A DNA stretch of 64,000 nt. Origin: Candidatus Dadabacteria bacterium. GTDB lineage: Bacteria > Desulfobacterota_D > UBA1144 > Nemesobacterales > CSP1-2. The notes under the pieces were generated by a model. It was given only the letters and a program-made list of their open reading frames with translations. It had not been told where the DNA came from and did not search any database. Positions within the stretch are counted from its first letter, which is position 1. Every line of letters begins with the position of its first letter. The translations under genes and the position numbers were made by a program. The stretch spans positions 640,001 to 704,000 of the forward strand of contig CAWDVW010000002.1 in assembly GCA_963805855.1 (NCBI GenBank), written 5' to 3'. Positions 10,868 to 21,841 of the stretch are shown piece after piece.

Positions 10868-10941
10868 GGGCCCATAGCTCAGTTGGTTAGAGCGACGGAC
10901 TCATAATCCGTTGGTCCCTGGTTCGAGTCCGGGTGGGCCCA
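10868..10941 (+). tRNA. tRNA with CAT anticodon, most likely tRNA-Ile2 (lysidine)
   Basis: Cloverleaf GGGCCCA...TGGGCCC-A, D loop AGTTGGTTAGAGC, anticodon loop CTCATAA, GTTCGAG T loop. G1-C72 is paired, so not initiator; CCA not encoded. Confidence 0.93.
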
Positions 10942-11088
10942 AGATTCGGGATTAATTGTTGATGGGAAAAGAGGAAATAACAACACACCCAATAATCTTA
11001 CAAACTCTCGATTATTTATTCGATATTTTAGTTACACATCCAAGATTTTCCAAAAACTACCCGAAAAACAAGATCCAAGGAGGTACAA

Positions 11089-11817
11089 ATGCGAGATCAA
11101 ATTGCTGCTCTCGGTGCGCTCCAGCAACTTGATTTAGAGATAAAGGTAATAGAGGAGAAACTGAGAAAATATCCTCAAGAGATCTCCCGTTATCAAGAAG
11201 ATTTAGAGAATGCTAAGACTTCCATGGCTGAAGCAAAAAAAGAGCTAGAACAGATAAGAAAAAATAAAAAGGAAAAGGAACACCAACTTGAAGAAAACCA
11301 ATCAAGTATAAAGAAGGCGGAGAAAAGACTATTTGAAATAAAAACTTACAGAGAGTATGAGGCCCTTCAAAAAGAAATTAGCGAAACGAAAATGACAAAC
11401 GCATCACTCGAAGAGGAGATCCTCCGGTTTATGGAAGTAATTGAAAATCTCGAAAAACATATTAGCGATAAGGAAGGCGAACTTGCAGAAAGAGGAGAGG
11501 AAAGCGAAAAATTAATAACAGACTACAAAGCAAAAATGAAAGATCTTGAGATAACGCACAAAAATAAGCAACTGGAAAAAGAAAAAATTATGGCAATAAT
11601 AGATCCTGACGTCTTGCCGCTTTATGAAAAGATAAAGACAAGGAATGGGATAGCGATAGCGCCGGCAAGAAATGAGGTTTGTACAGGGTGCAACATGAAG
11701 ATCCCCCCACAACTGTTCAATGAAGTACTCACACTATCGAGAATGATCCAATGTCCTAACTGCGGTCGAATACTCTATAGCGAAGAATCAATTAATGGAG
11801 AGCTACAAACAGCTTGA
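11089..11817 (+). CDS. Coiled-coil C4-type zinc ribbon protein (zf-RING_7/CT398-like)
   Basis: LQQLD N-terminus, long coiled coil, CTGCNM...CPNCGRILY; AAGGAGG SD. Confidence 0.92.
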   Translation: MRDQIAALGALQQLDLEIKVIEEKLRKYPQEISRYQEDLENAKTSMAEAKKELEQIRKNKKEKEHQLEENQSSIKKAEKRLFEIKTYREYEALQKEISETKMTNASLEEEILRFMEVIENLEKHISDKEGELAERGEESEKLITDYKAKMKDLEITHKNKQLEKEKIMAIIDPDVLPLYEKIKTRNGIAIAPARNEVCTGCNMKIPPQLFNEVLTLSRMIQCPNCGRILYSEESINGELQTA

Positions 11818-12244
11818 ATTGCCCATAAATATTCAACAAAAAGAAGCTGCTACAATTTATATAGATGGGGCTTCAAGGGGTAACCCAGGTTCTTCTGCTA
11901 TTGGAGTCGTTATAATTGATGCCAAGGGAAACAAACGTAAGATAAAAAAGTATCTTGGAATCCATACGAACAACCAAGCCGAATACCACGCATTGATCAC
12001 GGCATTGGCAGCGGCAAAAAAGCTTAAGAAAACATATCTTACAATATTTACCGACTCCCAACTCCTCGCAAATCAGATAAATCGTCTCTGGAAGGTGCGT
12101 GATGCAGAAATTAAAGCCCTTTATCAGGAAGCGAGAAGCCTAATCTCCAGCTTTAAGAAAGTAAACCTAAGCCACATACCCAGGAACTTAAATAAAGAAG
12201 CCGACAGACTTGCCAATCAAGCCTTGGATGATTATCCTTCTTAG
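11795..12244 (+). CDS. rnhA: Ribonuclease HI family protein
   Basis: DGASRGNPG, TNNQAEY, TDSQL, HIPRNLNKEADRLAN. Confidence 0.92.
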   Translation: MESYKQLELPINIQQKEAATIYIDGASRGNPGSSAIGVVIIDAKGNKRKIKKYLGIHTNNQAEYHALITALAAAKKLKKTYLTIFTDSQLLANQINRLWKVRDAEIKALYQEARSLISSFKKVNLSHIPRNLNKEADRLANQALDDYPS

Positions 12245-12245
12245 T

Positions 12246-12669
12246 GAGACAAGTGGACCGGGCGATCGCTTACTTGTTCGTAGAAGAACACAGTAAGAGG
12301 AAAGTCCGAACTCCATAGGGCGGCGTGCTGGATAATATCCAGGTGCTGTGAAGCAACGGAAAGTGCAACAGAAAACGAACCGCCTAAGTTAATCGCTTAT
12401 GTGGATAACTGGCAAGGGTGAAAAGGTGGTGTAAGAGACCACCGCACAGAGTGGAGACACCCTGTGGCACTGTAAACCCCACGCGGAGTAAGACCAAATA
12501 GGGAAGCGGTCGTCTCTTTTCGGTCGTCGGATTATCCGACTCCGAATACGAGATTTGGAAAGGTTGCCCGCCTGACGCTTCCGGGTAGGTCGCATGAGGC
12601 ATTCAGCAATGGATGTCCTAGATGAATGATTGCTCAAGACAGAATTCGGCTTACAGGTTCACTTGTTTC
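12246..12669 (+). ncRNA. rnpB: RNase P RNA, bacterial class A
   Basis: GAGGAAAGTCC at ~12297, GAAAGTGCAACAGAAA, ACAGAATTCGGCTTAC near 3' end; P1 pairing caagtggacc/ggttcacttg. Confidence 0.95.
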
Positions 12670-12750
12670 ATTCTATGTTTGTAGAACCAAATCTTGGATT
12701 ATCCCAAATAGAAGAAGGAAATATTTTGCAGGCAATCGCAAGGACTGCCC

Positions 12751-13953
12751 CTACATAAACCTTACTTTCACAAACTCCCTCTTCCCTATCTTCAATCTCA
12801 GTAGATCTCGATCAGGAGTCATCGAGTTTGGATCGGTTATTCTTTCCCCGTCAATGCTGACGCCACCCTGCTCGATCAGCCTCTTTGCCTCCCCCCTGCT
12901 CTTAACCCGTTGAGAAGAAAGCGAAATTAAATCAAGGATGGTTTTCCCATCCTTTTTATCCAAAAGGATCTCCCGCCCATCCTCAGGAAACTGCCTCTCC
13001 GAGAATTTTAATTCGAAATCCTTCTGGGCCTTATGGGCCTTTTTCTCTCCATGAAACAATGTCGCAATCTCAATAGCAAGCGATTTTTTCGCTTCCATCG
13101 GATGATTCCGTGATTTGATGTCATGGATCTCTTCTATAGTTCTTGAACTAAGGAGCTCATAATATTTCCACATCAGATCATCCGAGATTGACATGATTTT
13201 CCCATAGACATCTTCAGGAGTATCTTCAAAAGCAATGTAATTGCCAAGAGACTTGGACATTTTCTTAACGCCATCAGTTCCCTCAAGTAAAGGTAAGAAA
13301 ATAGCTACCTGAGACTCCTGCCCAAAATGCCTCTGCACATCACGACCCAGCAGGATATTAAATCTCTGGTCGGTCCCACCCAATTCAACGTCGGCTCTTA
13401 TGTTTACCGAATCATAGGACTGAATCAGTGGGTACAAAAACTCCATGATTGTTATTGAAGAGCCCGATTCGTAACGTGCACGAAAATCCTCTCTCTCCAG
13501 CATCCTTGCCACATTCCCCAACGATGCGAGTTTAAGCAATCCTTCTGCATTCATACCACCTAGCCAGGAGGAATTGAAAACAACTTCCGTCCTTTCCTTA
13601 TCCAAGATATTAAAAACCTGGTTTTCATATGTCCTGGCATTTTTTTCGACTTCCTCCCTTGTCAACGGGGGTCTAGTTTCTGTTTTTCCAGAGGGATCGC
13701 CAATCATTGCGGTAAAGTCGCCGATCAGGAATACAACTGTGTGCCCCAACGCCTGGAAGTCTCTGAGTTTTCTTAGTAGAATACAGTGTCCGAGATGTAA
13801 GTCAGGTGCGGTGGGATCAAAACCCGCCTTAACCCTTAGCGGCTCATTCCTTTCCACCGACCTTTTAAGTTTGGACAAAAGCTCCTCTTCGGAGATTATC
13901 TCTGCCGTTCCCCTTTTGATAGTTTCAAGCTGTGCTTTGGGATCTTCTTTCAT
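12751..13953 (-). CDS. tyrS: Tyrosine--tRNA ligase
   Basis: [19 protein letters not shown]-terminal S4 domain. Confidence 0.97.
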   Translation of the reverse strand: MKEDPKAQLETIKRGTAEIISEEELLSKLKRSVERNEPLRVKAGFDPTAPDLHLGHCILLRKLRDFQALGHTVVFLIGDFTAMIGDPSGKTETRPPLTREEVEKNARTYENQVFNILDKERTEVVFNSSWLGGMNAEGLLKLASLGNVARMLEREDFRARYESGSSITIMEFLYPLIQSYDSVNIRADVELGGTDQRFNILLGRDVQRHFGQESQVAIFLPLLEGTDGVKKMSKSLGNYIAFEDTPEDVYGKIMSISDDLMWKYYELLSSRTIEEIHDIKSRNHPMEAKKSLAIEIATLFHGEKKAHKAQKDFELKFSERQFPEDGREILLDKKDGKTILDLISLSSQRVKSRGEAKRLIEQGGVSIDGERITDPNSMTPDRDLLRLKIGKREFVKVRFM

Positions 13954-14166
13954 CTGGTACTGGTGTTATTGAGAAATCTAAGAGATTATAGGATAAACAA
14001 TTTATCACATCTGTTCAAAATTGATTCCGGGTCTCCTTTTTTATTAATCATAAGAGGTCAACATGATTTCAACTCATTTAGACTAGAAACCACCGTGTAA
14101 GATTGTCCAACCTCGTCTTCAATGCAGAAAAGTTCTCAATTCCTTCGTCTTTCTGCGTATCCAGGC

Positions 14167-15906
14167 CTATTCCCTGTAAAGGTTGGTTATTGGAAAGCGC
14201 CGGTCCTTACCAAAAGCTCTGGGTGTTATTTTTATACCTGGAGGGGATTGCCGCCTCTTGTACTCGTTTAAGTCTACCATCCTCACGATCCTATTCACCA
14301 TTTCCTCCTCAAATCCTTGAGCTATGATTTCCCCAATGCTCAGATCCTCTTCAACGTATGCTTTGAGTATTGCATCCAGAACATCATACGATGGTAGAGA
14401 ATCTACATCCATTTGATTGGGCCTCAACTCTGCTGACGGAGGTTTTAATATAACAGATTTAGGTATAATCTCTTGGCCCTTCCAGCTGTTGTAAAACTCG
14501 GCAAGCCCGTACACCAATGTCTTTGGGACATCCTTAATAACTGAAAAACCCCCGGCCATATCTCCGTAAAGCGTACTGTACCCCACGCTAGTCTCACTCT
14601 TATTACCGGTTGTAAGCACTAGCCATCCAAATTTGTTTGACAATGCCATGAGTATATTACCACGGATCCTCGCTTGGAGATTTTCCTCCGTAACGTCCTG
14701 CCCTTTTCCGGCAAATACCGCTGAAAACATCTCAAGATAAGCGCTAAAAGCCGGCTCAATTGGAATTGTACTCAGCTCTATCCCTAGATTTTTAGAAAGG
14801 CTCTCCGCATCTACTTTGCTCCCTTTTGAACTGTATCTGGACGGCATTGAAACCCCAACGACGTTTTCTTTCCCCAAAGCCTCTACCGCGATCGCAGAAA
14901 CCAAGGATGAGTCTACACCTCCGCTTAAACCAATGACAACTTTTGTAAACTGGTTTTTCCTAACATAGTCTCTTGTCCCCATAACAAGTGCCTGAAATAC
15001 CTCTTCTTCGAATTCCATAAATGTTGCCATCTTGGGAGTAACCGTTAGACGCGAGTTTCTACTTAACTCACCTACTTCCAATTCGAATACGTGTACGTCC
15101 TTGTCCTCGAGCCTGATCGCATATTTCTCCTTTCTTCTTCTTGGATCATGGAGTCGAGAAGGAAAGACCCTTTGAACATCGACATCCGCAATCAGTAGCT
15201 CCTCTTCGAAGCCAGATGCACGTGCTAGTACTTCTCCACGCTCATCTATAATTACGCTATGTCCATCAAAAATCAACTCATCCTGCCCTCCCACTAGATT
15301 ACAGAAACCTATAACTACCGAATAATCAGATGCCCGTGTTAGCAACATTCGCTCCCTTGCCTGTACCTTAGAGGCGTAATAGGGAGATGAAGAGATATTC
15401 AAAATTATCTGAGCATCACCTAAAAGCGCTTGTTTTCTCGTCGGGTCGCCCGGATACCATATATCTTCACAGATATTCACACCGAAAACAAAATCGCCAA
15501 GTCGATAGACCGGTGTTCTCACGCCGGCTTGAAAATATCTGTTTTCGTCAAATACGCTGTAGTTTGGCAGGTAGCATTTGTGGTAAACATCTATTAGGAC
15601 CTTGTTGTGAATGATTGCTGCTGAATTGTAAATATCTTGGTTTCTATTTGCAAAGCCTGCGACTACGGTTATGGAATCTGTTGCCTTTCTCACCTCATCA
15701 AGAGCTTTTAAGTTATCCTCAATAAAGCTTGGTTTAAGCAACAGATCTTCAGGCGGATAACCGGTGATCGCGAGTTCAGGAAAACATATTATGTCGACCC
15801 CAGATTTTTTTGCGAATCTTATATATTTTATAATCTTTTTGAGGTTACCCTCTATATCACCTACTGATACATTAATCTGACCCAACCCCAGCCTGACTTT
15901 ACGCAT
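14167..15906 (-). CDS. nadE: Glutamine-dependent NAD+ synthetase
   Basis: Nitrilase domain (FPEL..TGYPPEDL, ICEDIW) plus SGGVDS, TGNKSE, PPSAEL. Confidence 0.96.
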   Translation of the reverse strand: MRKVRLGLGQINVSVGDIEGNLKKIIKYIRFAKKSGVDIICFPELAITGYPPEDLLLKPSFIEDNLKALDEVRKATDSITVVAGFANRNQDIYNSAAIIHNKVLIDVYHKCYLPNYSVFDENRYFQAGVRTPVYRLGDFVFGVNICEDIWYPGDPTRKQALLGDAQIILNISSSPYYASKVQARERMLLTRASDYSVVIGFCNLVGGQDELIFDGHSVIIDERGEVLARASGFEEELLIADVDVQRVFPSRLHDPRRRKEKYAIRLEDKDVHVFELEVGELSRNSRLTVTPKMATFMEFEEEVFQALVMGTRDYVRKNQFTKVVIGLSGGVDSSLVSAIAVEALGKENVVGVSMPSRYSSKGSKVDAESLSKNLGIELSTIPIEPAFSAYLEMFSAVFAGKGQDVTEENLQARIRGNILMALSNKFGWLVLTTGNKSETSVGYSTLYGDMAGGFSVIKDVPKTLVYGLAEFYNSWKGQEIIPKSVILKPPSAELRPNQMDVDSLPSYDVLDAILKAYVEEDLSIGEIIAQGFEEEMVNRIVRMVDLNEYKRRQSPPGIKITPRAFGKDRRFPITNLYRE

Positions 15907-16108
15907 GATATAATATTACCACATCAATCGCTCTATTAACCATTATACAAATTAAATGACGATCTAGTAAGCCGCAGGAAGTCAGCAAACACAAAGAGAC
16001 TGCCGATGGTAGGGCTGGGGGTGTCAATTGCGGTACTTCGACCAGCTCACGGCAGGCTTGCTCGTTTGACAGTAACTTAGGGTTTATACTCCAAATGTTT
16101 TATCCGTA

Positions 16109-16185
16109 CGGGGTTGGAAAACCCCTCCTAGCGTTATTGATGACAATGTTATTTATTATGGATAGTCGGGACATTCTTGTCCCGA
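16109..16185. repeat. REP hairpin pair (GATAG-type), same as RAYT right-end array
   Basis: cggggttggaaaacccctcctagc ... gatagtcgggacattcttgtcccga, matching 40136-40213 and 45123-45197. Confidence 0.8.
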
Positions 16186-16410
16186 AGTTTGAACATGCTT
16201 CTTGATCTCAATAAATTCGTTTCCATCGTTACCGATTAATGTTTTAATTACTGCTACGGGTAGGCAAAGGGTCCCTTCGACCAGGTTAGTGTAGGCTCCT
16301 TCGAAGTAACCCGCTACCTCGCGTCGGAATAGATATTGCTTAAGTTATTGAATTTCTTAGTCAAAATGAAATTAAGTCCTAGCAAATCGCCAGAAATACG
16401 AAATCTTCAA

Positions 16411-16989
16411 TTATTGCGTCGAAATGTAGACAAGGTTAGAAAGGAAATGAAATATTATGCTTCCCCAGAGGGTTCCGGTCCTAACATACAGATATCCCAT
16501 GACAAGGGAGGGGAAAAAAGTAAGAACACTCTGAGTGCAAATCCCGCCAATAAACCCCGATGCCACACATAGTGTAAAGAAATGTCCTAATGCAAAGAAA
16601 ACACTCACAAAAACAACTCCCTTCAGGTCGTTCCCTAATTTTTCCTGCAGATAACCACGGAAAAAAACCTCTTCTGGAAGCGCAACAAAAAATAGCTGCA
16701 AGGCAATCAGTATAGCGCTGATTCTATCTACGTTAATCGTGGCACCGGTAAGCAGCAAGTCTAACAGTATATACGTAGGAAGAATGACTATTGACACGAT
16801 TACTCCAATCAACAAACCACCCGGATCCCATTTAAGACCACTCATTCTATCAGTCAGTAGAAACGGTGTGGAAAACAGTATCAGCGCCGCAATAGCGAAT
16901 GAAAAATCAGGGAAAAAGATTCGAGTAAGGGTTATAAGAAATATAACAACAACGTATATTGATAAAGGGGTGAGGTAACTTCTCTTCAA
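16411..16989 (-). CDS. CPBP (CAAX/Rce1-like) glutamic intramembrane protease, myxosortase-like
   Basis: VALPEEVFFRGYLQ, FFALGH, FFPSLVMG..Y.RTG, FHFLSN motifs. Confidence 0.85.
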   Translation of the reverse strand: MKRSYLTPLSIYVVVIFLITLTRIFFPDFSFAIAALILFSTPFLLTDRMSGLKWDPGGLLIGVIVSIVILPTYILLDLLLTGATINVDRISAILIALQLFFVALPEEVFFRGYLQEKLGNDLKGVVFVSVFFALGHFFTLCVASGFIGGICTQSVLTFFPSLVMGYLYVRTGTLWGSIIFHFLSNLVYISTQ

Positions 16990-17529
16990 TACGCTTTTCC
17001 TATGTTATCCTTCGTAATTGATTATGTGCTAAAAAGATTAAACGGAGTTAAAACTACATAAGTTAGATGATAAGGTCAATCAATTTCTTTAAATGAAAGA
17101 AGAAATAATCTGTTATGTCCAACTTAATGGTGGCATTTTATTTTATAGAAGATAAGACCTTAAATCTTTTATACCTTTTCAAGATGCATGCAAGAGATAT
17201 CTTGTGATAAATGGGGTCCCTTCCGGCCGTAATAGATTGGTGCGAATTCAGTCCTCAATAATCGGAATCCGCCTGGATTAATAATGAATAATTTATTAAA
17301 TTCGGATCATTATCGATCAAAAACTTTAAGGGGCAACGAAGTATCGGAACATGAAACAAGCCGAAAAGCACACAAGCGGCTTGACTCACATTTCTCGAAG
17401 ATCTTCTAAACATTGTCCGAAGTCATTATACTATTGTGAGCACAATGAGCAATGCCCAACTCAACTACATATTCCTCCAGGTAAACCGCTTATCGTTAAT
17501 TCCGCTGGTACATTAAACACTTAACCGCG

Positions 17530-19110
17530 ATGATAAAGTCCATTTCCATGAAGAAAATTCTTTATCATAAAACACCCTCGACTCACACAATCAAACTCAA
17601 TCTATCTAACACGAAATTGATGGTCTTCGTAGGTTTATTCTTAATCACATTCGGTGCTGCAGCTCTAAGAGTTAAAGACATTACCGAAAATCCACCCGAA
17701 CTTTACTCGGACGAGCTTGGCAACTTTGTTTCGGCGAAGAGCATCGTAGAAGAGGGCAAAGATCTCCATGGAAGGTTATTACCATTCTTCTATGACCGGG
17801 CGGAATTAAGGCCACCGATCTATGGTTACTGCGCCTATCTTGCTTCGAAATTTTTTATTAATCCAACTTTTGCGATCCGTTTCCCTGCCATAATCTTTGG
17901 GCTCATCACAATTATAATGCTTTTTATGTTGACTCTTGAATTAACTGGCAGCCACGTTGCTGCGCTCTTCAGTGCCTTTTGCCTGGCAATAATCCCCTGG
18001 CATATTCATTATTCAAGAGTCGGCTGGGAACCGGCTTCATGGTTACCGTTTTTATTGACTGCCACAGTATTACTAATCAAAGGGATAAATAAAAACTCTA
18101 GCCCTTTAATACTTCTTGGCTTTGCATTCTTTAGCCTTACAATTTACACATATCAACCCGCTCCATTGATCGCTGCTCTCTTCCTACTCTCAATCGTCAT
18201 TCTTAATCACAGATACTTTTGCAAAAATAAGAAAATATTTTTCACGGGCGCTCTGACCTCCGGCATCATCGCATTGCCTTACCTCTGGACTGCATTACAT
18301 GAGCCCCATCTGTATGAAAGAGCTATAAGGATAAGCACCTTTTCAAAAGGGATCGACATCGACAGCATAAAGATCTTCTTAAATAATTACAAGAGTCATT
18401 TCAGTTTGAAATTCTTGTTTAAGGATGGCGATCCTAATCTCCGCCACGGAGCACAAACAGGAGTACTCTACTGGTGGATGTTGCCATTCATGATTATCGG
18501 TGCGATAGCAGTGGGAAAGTCTGTAAAAAGGCGCTGGTTTGTCGGACTCATAGTTTTTTGGATCGTCGTATTCCCCCTTGTCGGTGCCCTTACCAACGAC
18601 GGCGTTCCGCACACTACAAGAACATTGATTGGCGCCCCTATATTCTGCCTACTGACAGGGATCGGCATATGGCAATCGGTCATTTTTTTTCATTACAGAT
18701 TGAATTCGAGAATTCTGGCTGCATGCTTTGTAATCGCTATTCTCTTCATCGCTGGTATTTCTCTTCTAAGATTTTCTAAAAGGTACTATCTGGACTATCC
18801 GAAATTTTCTTCGATATGGTGGGAATTCGGTCATAAGGAAATATTTGAGAAGATCAAAAGTATAGAGAACAAATATCAGCGGGCATGCCTCGAAAATCTC
18901 AATTACTGGAACGAGTTACAGCTAAAAAAATTCTATCTTGACGAGGGAAAGCTTGATATAATAACCGATATTAACGATCCTAGATGCAGGATGAGGGATT
19001 CAATTGTAGTTGTTAGAGAAAGCGACCGTATATTTGTTAATGGAAATTTAAGATATACCGTCTACAACCCCGAAAATGCCCCGATTTATTATATCTACAC
19101 AATAGACTAA
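17530..19110 (+). CDS. ArnT/GT39-like (PMT_2) GT-C glycosyltransferase
   Basis: PPELYSDE, PWHIHYSRVGWE, GDPNLRH, PHTTR motifs; many TMs. Start uncertain. Confidence 0.82.
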   Translation: MIKSISMKKILYHKTPSTHTIKLNLSNTKLMVFVGLFLITFGAAALRVKDITENPPELYSDELGNFVSAKSIVEEGKDLHGRLLPFFYDRAELRPPIYGYCAYLASKFFINPTFAIRFPAIIFGLITIIMLFMLTLELTGSHVAALFSAFCLAIIPWHIHYSRVGWEPASWLPFLLTATVLLIKGINKNSSPLILLGFAFFSLTIYTYQPAPLIAALFLLSIVILNHRYFCKNKKIFFTGALTSGIIALPYLWTALHEPHLYERAIRISTFSKGIDIDSIKIFLNNYKSHFSLKFLFKDGDPNLRHGAQTGVLYWWMLPFMIIGAIAVGKSVKRRWFVGLIVFWIVVFPLVGALTNDGVPHTTRTLIGAPIFCLLTGIGIWQSVIFFHYRLNSRILAACFVIAILFIAGISLLRFSKRYYLDYPKFSSIWWEFGHKEIFEKIKSIENKYQRACLENLNYWNELQLKKFYLDEGKLDIITDINDPRCRMRDSIVVVRESDRIFVNGNLRYTVYNPENAPIYYIYTID

Positions 19111-19209
19111 TTATTAGTAAGAAGATAACATTTTCCGAAATAAGTTTAATTGTAATCTAGGGCGATTTTGAAAATTGAATCTTGTTCCTGAGAATTAACA
19201 AATCATCAT

Positions 19210-19908
19210 ATGTTGATATCGTTAGTCATCCCAACATATAACGAAGCTGAGAATATACCTATTATAATTGATAAGATATTCAGCGTGCTAAGACAAAACT
19301 GCGTGGATGGGGAGGTTATAATTGTGGATGATGATTCACCCGACCGCACGTGGGAAATCGCAGAGAACCTAAAATCCAAACATAACATAAAAGTACTCCG
19401 TAGACTGGACAAGAAGGGATTATCATCCGCGGTGATAGACGGGTTCAAAATGGCCAGCGGAGAGATTATAGGGGTTATGGACGCAGACATGAGCCATCCT
19501 CCCGAAAAGATTCCGGAACTTTTAGGGCCAATCATATCAAATAAATCCGATTTCGTGATCGGAAGCAGATATATCGAGGGCGGAGGAATAGAAAATTGGC
19601 CTGTCCATAGAAGGGTATCATCAAAAATTGCTGCTGTAGCTGTTCGCGGTCTTACCGATGTTAGGGATCCAATGGCCGGGTTTTTCTTTTTTAGGCGAGG
19701 AGTCATCGAAGGATTAAGGCTCAGCCCCCACGGATTTAAAATAGGCCTTGAGATAATCGTCAAATCAAGATGCAAGAACGTAACCGAGGTGCCAATAATT
19801 TTTAGGGATAGGAGATATGGAGAAAGCAAATTGGGGTTAAGCGTTATATTAGAGGATCTCCGTCACATTGCAAGGCTCTACCTGATAAGGTATATGAAGT
19901 TAGGATAG
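19210..19908 (+). CDS. Polyprenol monophosphomannose synthase (GT2, Dpm1-like)
   Basis: IPTYNEAENI, VDDDSPD, MDADMSHPP, GSRY..GG, GFKIGLE. Confidence 0.92.
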   Translation: MLISLVIPTYNEAENIPIIIDKIFSVLRQNCVDGEVIIVDDDSPDRTWEIAENLKSKHNIKVLRRLDKKGLSSAVIDGFKMASGEIIGVMDADMSHPPEKIPELLGPIISNKSDFVIGSRYIEGGGIENWPVHRRVSSKIAAVAVRGLTDVRDPMAGFFFFRRGVIEGLRLSPHGFKIGLEIIVKSRCKNVTEVPIIFRDRRYGESKLGLSVILEDLRHIARLYLIRYMKLG

Positions 19909-20057
19909 CCTTTAATTTTCTTTAAATTGGGATAAATCGCAGGATTCGACACCGATTTAAAATTGCATCATAATTAAAATGCTATGATTCTCTAAGAATC
20001 AAATTTCGTTATCATATTAGTTGATCGAGGCATTCGTCAGGCTTTAAATCTTAGATC

Positions 20058-21275
20058 GTGAGAAGACTCAAATTACTGCTCTCAGAGAATACCTTTGCAA
20101 TTGCTACGTCCATCCTTATTTTTTTAGTTGCTTTTATAGTCTACTATTTTTCAACTGAAGGTAAGCCCACTCCGTATAATAATTTCGTTCGGCTGGCAGA
20201 TGCATTCCTTCATGGAAGGCTTTACCTTACGGAAAACATCCCCTGGCTTGAGCTGGCAATCATCGATGGGAAATACTATATTGTTCCACCTCCTCTGCCC
20301 GCGATCCTAATCTTACCAATCGTGGCCATCTTCGGCCTAACAACAAATCAAACCTTGGTATCAATATTAATTGGCAGTCTTAACGCATCTCTCGTGTTTC
20401 TCGTAGTCAGGACGATGACGAAACAAAGAAGTGTGCAGCTCTGGACCACCGCGATGTTCGTTTTCGGAACGATAAACTGGTGGCTTACGGCCTCGGGCGC
20501 CGTATGGATGTTTTCTCAGGTCACATCCCTTACATTTCTTCTACTGGCGATCTATTATGTCCTTAAAGAGAAAGGACCTTTCTTGACCGGCATCTTTCTC
20601 GGAGCGTCATACTGGTGCCGACTCCCTACAATCCTTTCCTTTCCCTTCTTCATAGCGATGTATTATGACAAATGGATTCCACGATCGACGGACGGGAGCT
20701 GGACAAGAATCTTCAAAATAAGGCCGATCCTGTACCTGTGCCTTGGAGCCGGAGTATTCGTCTTTCTAAACTTTATATACAACTATCTCAGATTCGGTAC
20801 AGTAATGGATAGGGCCTATTACCTAATCCCGGGCGTCCTGGAAGAGCCTTGGTATCAAAAGGGTATATTTGATATAACCTACATTCCTCGCCATTTAAGA
20901 GAGATATTTCTTGGACTACCCAATATTAAATCAGAATTTCCGTATATATATCCCTCTATCTCAGGTCTGGCAATCTGGATAACTACGCCTGCCTTCATTT
21001 ACGCCTTTTTTGCCGAACTACGAAACAGGATCTCGATCGGGTGCTGGTTGTCTATCATCTTGATCTCCTTTGTCGAATTCACTCATGGAACCTGGGGCTT
21101 TTCGCAATTCGGCTATAGATTCGCCTTTGACTTCTATCCTTTTTTGTTGCTGCTCACGGTGAAAGGTATAGGTGATGAGATAAGATGGCATCATAAGTTG
21201 CTCATTTCTATTGGGATTTTCGTAAATCTATGGGGTATAATATGTCTCAATAAGTTAGGATTGATGGGATACTGA
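20058..21275 (+). CDS. Polytopic membrane protein, probable GT-C glycosyltransferase
   Basis: About 10 TMs; GKYY..PP.PA and QFGYRF..D motifs; glycosylation-cluster context. Confidence 0.65.
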   Translation: MRRLKLLLSENTFAIATSILIFLVAFIVYYFSTEGKPTPYNNFVRLADAFLHGRLYLTENIPWLELAIIDGKYYIVPPPLPAILILPIVAIFGLTTNQTLVSILIGSLNASLVFLVVRTMTKQRSVQLWTTAMFVFGTINWWLTASGAVWMFSQVTSLTFLLLAIYYVLKEKGPFLTGIFLGASYWCRLPTILSFPFFIAMYYDKWIPRSTDGSWTRIFKIRPILYLCLGAGVFVFLNFIYNYLRFGTVMDRAYYLIPGVLEEPWYQKGIFDITYIPRHLREIFLGLPNIKSEFPYIYPSISGLAIWITTPAFIYAFFAELRNRISIGCWLSIILISFVEFTHGTWGFSQFGYRFAFDFYPFLLLLTVKGIGDEIRWHHKLLISIGIFVNLWGIICLNKLGLMGY

Positions 21276-21299
21276 TCGAAAAACGAAAGGCATGTATCG

Positions 21300-21435
21300 A
21301 CAAAGACAAAAAGACTTTTACCCAGGAAGCTCGATAGAATTGTGAATACTAAAGAAGCAAAATCACCGAAGTTTGCCCAAAGTGTTGGTGAAATGCCGGC
21401 AGCGGTTTTAGAAAATTGAGAATGAAAGTAACACC
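21300..21435 (-). pseudogene. Relic 3' fragment of a gtrA-family gene
   Basis: Reads ..NFLKPL/GISPTLWANFGDFASLVFTILSSFLG.., homologous to the C-terminus of 25016-25642, with a 1-nt indel. Confidence 0.75.
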
Positions 21436-21841
21436 AGGTTATTATATGTCTCCTTTAGTCGTTGGGTGAAGCCCGAGTTCCGATGGGTGAATTTTGGCCT
21501 CAATTATTACCTCGCCACTTACATCATTTTCACACAGTGTCCTGAATATCCCATCGGCCAGGACCGGTTTATTCTGTACCTCGGCATAGGTCAGAATCAC
21601 TACCTAACAATCCATCCTTTATGTTTCCGACGCTTCCGGATAAACGACTCATTAGCTCCGAGACCGAATGATCTCTGCCGACCCCCGCAAACTTAATTCC
21701 ATAGTATATTTTTTAATCTACCCGGCCATCTCCTGCAGGATAATCGGTATTCTTCGTCCTTAGTCATAGGAAAGCATGACTGCCTTATGAAAAAAGGGGA
21801 TTCCTTCTCTCGGCACCATGGTAAAAGAATCTTCCTAAGCA

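Noticed and set aside
10868-10941. tRNA as integration site of a genomic island
   Set aside because: No integrase and no duplicated tRNA 3' end seen; downstream genes are ordinary neighbours.
12384-12913. Short ORFs overlapping rnpB and tyrS
   Set aside because: Shadows of the RNase P RNA and antisense to tyrS.
19206-19829. 207-aa antisense ORF
   Set aside because: Fully antisense to a clear Dpm1-like gene; no motifs.
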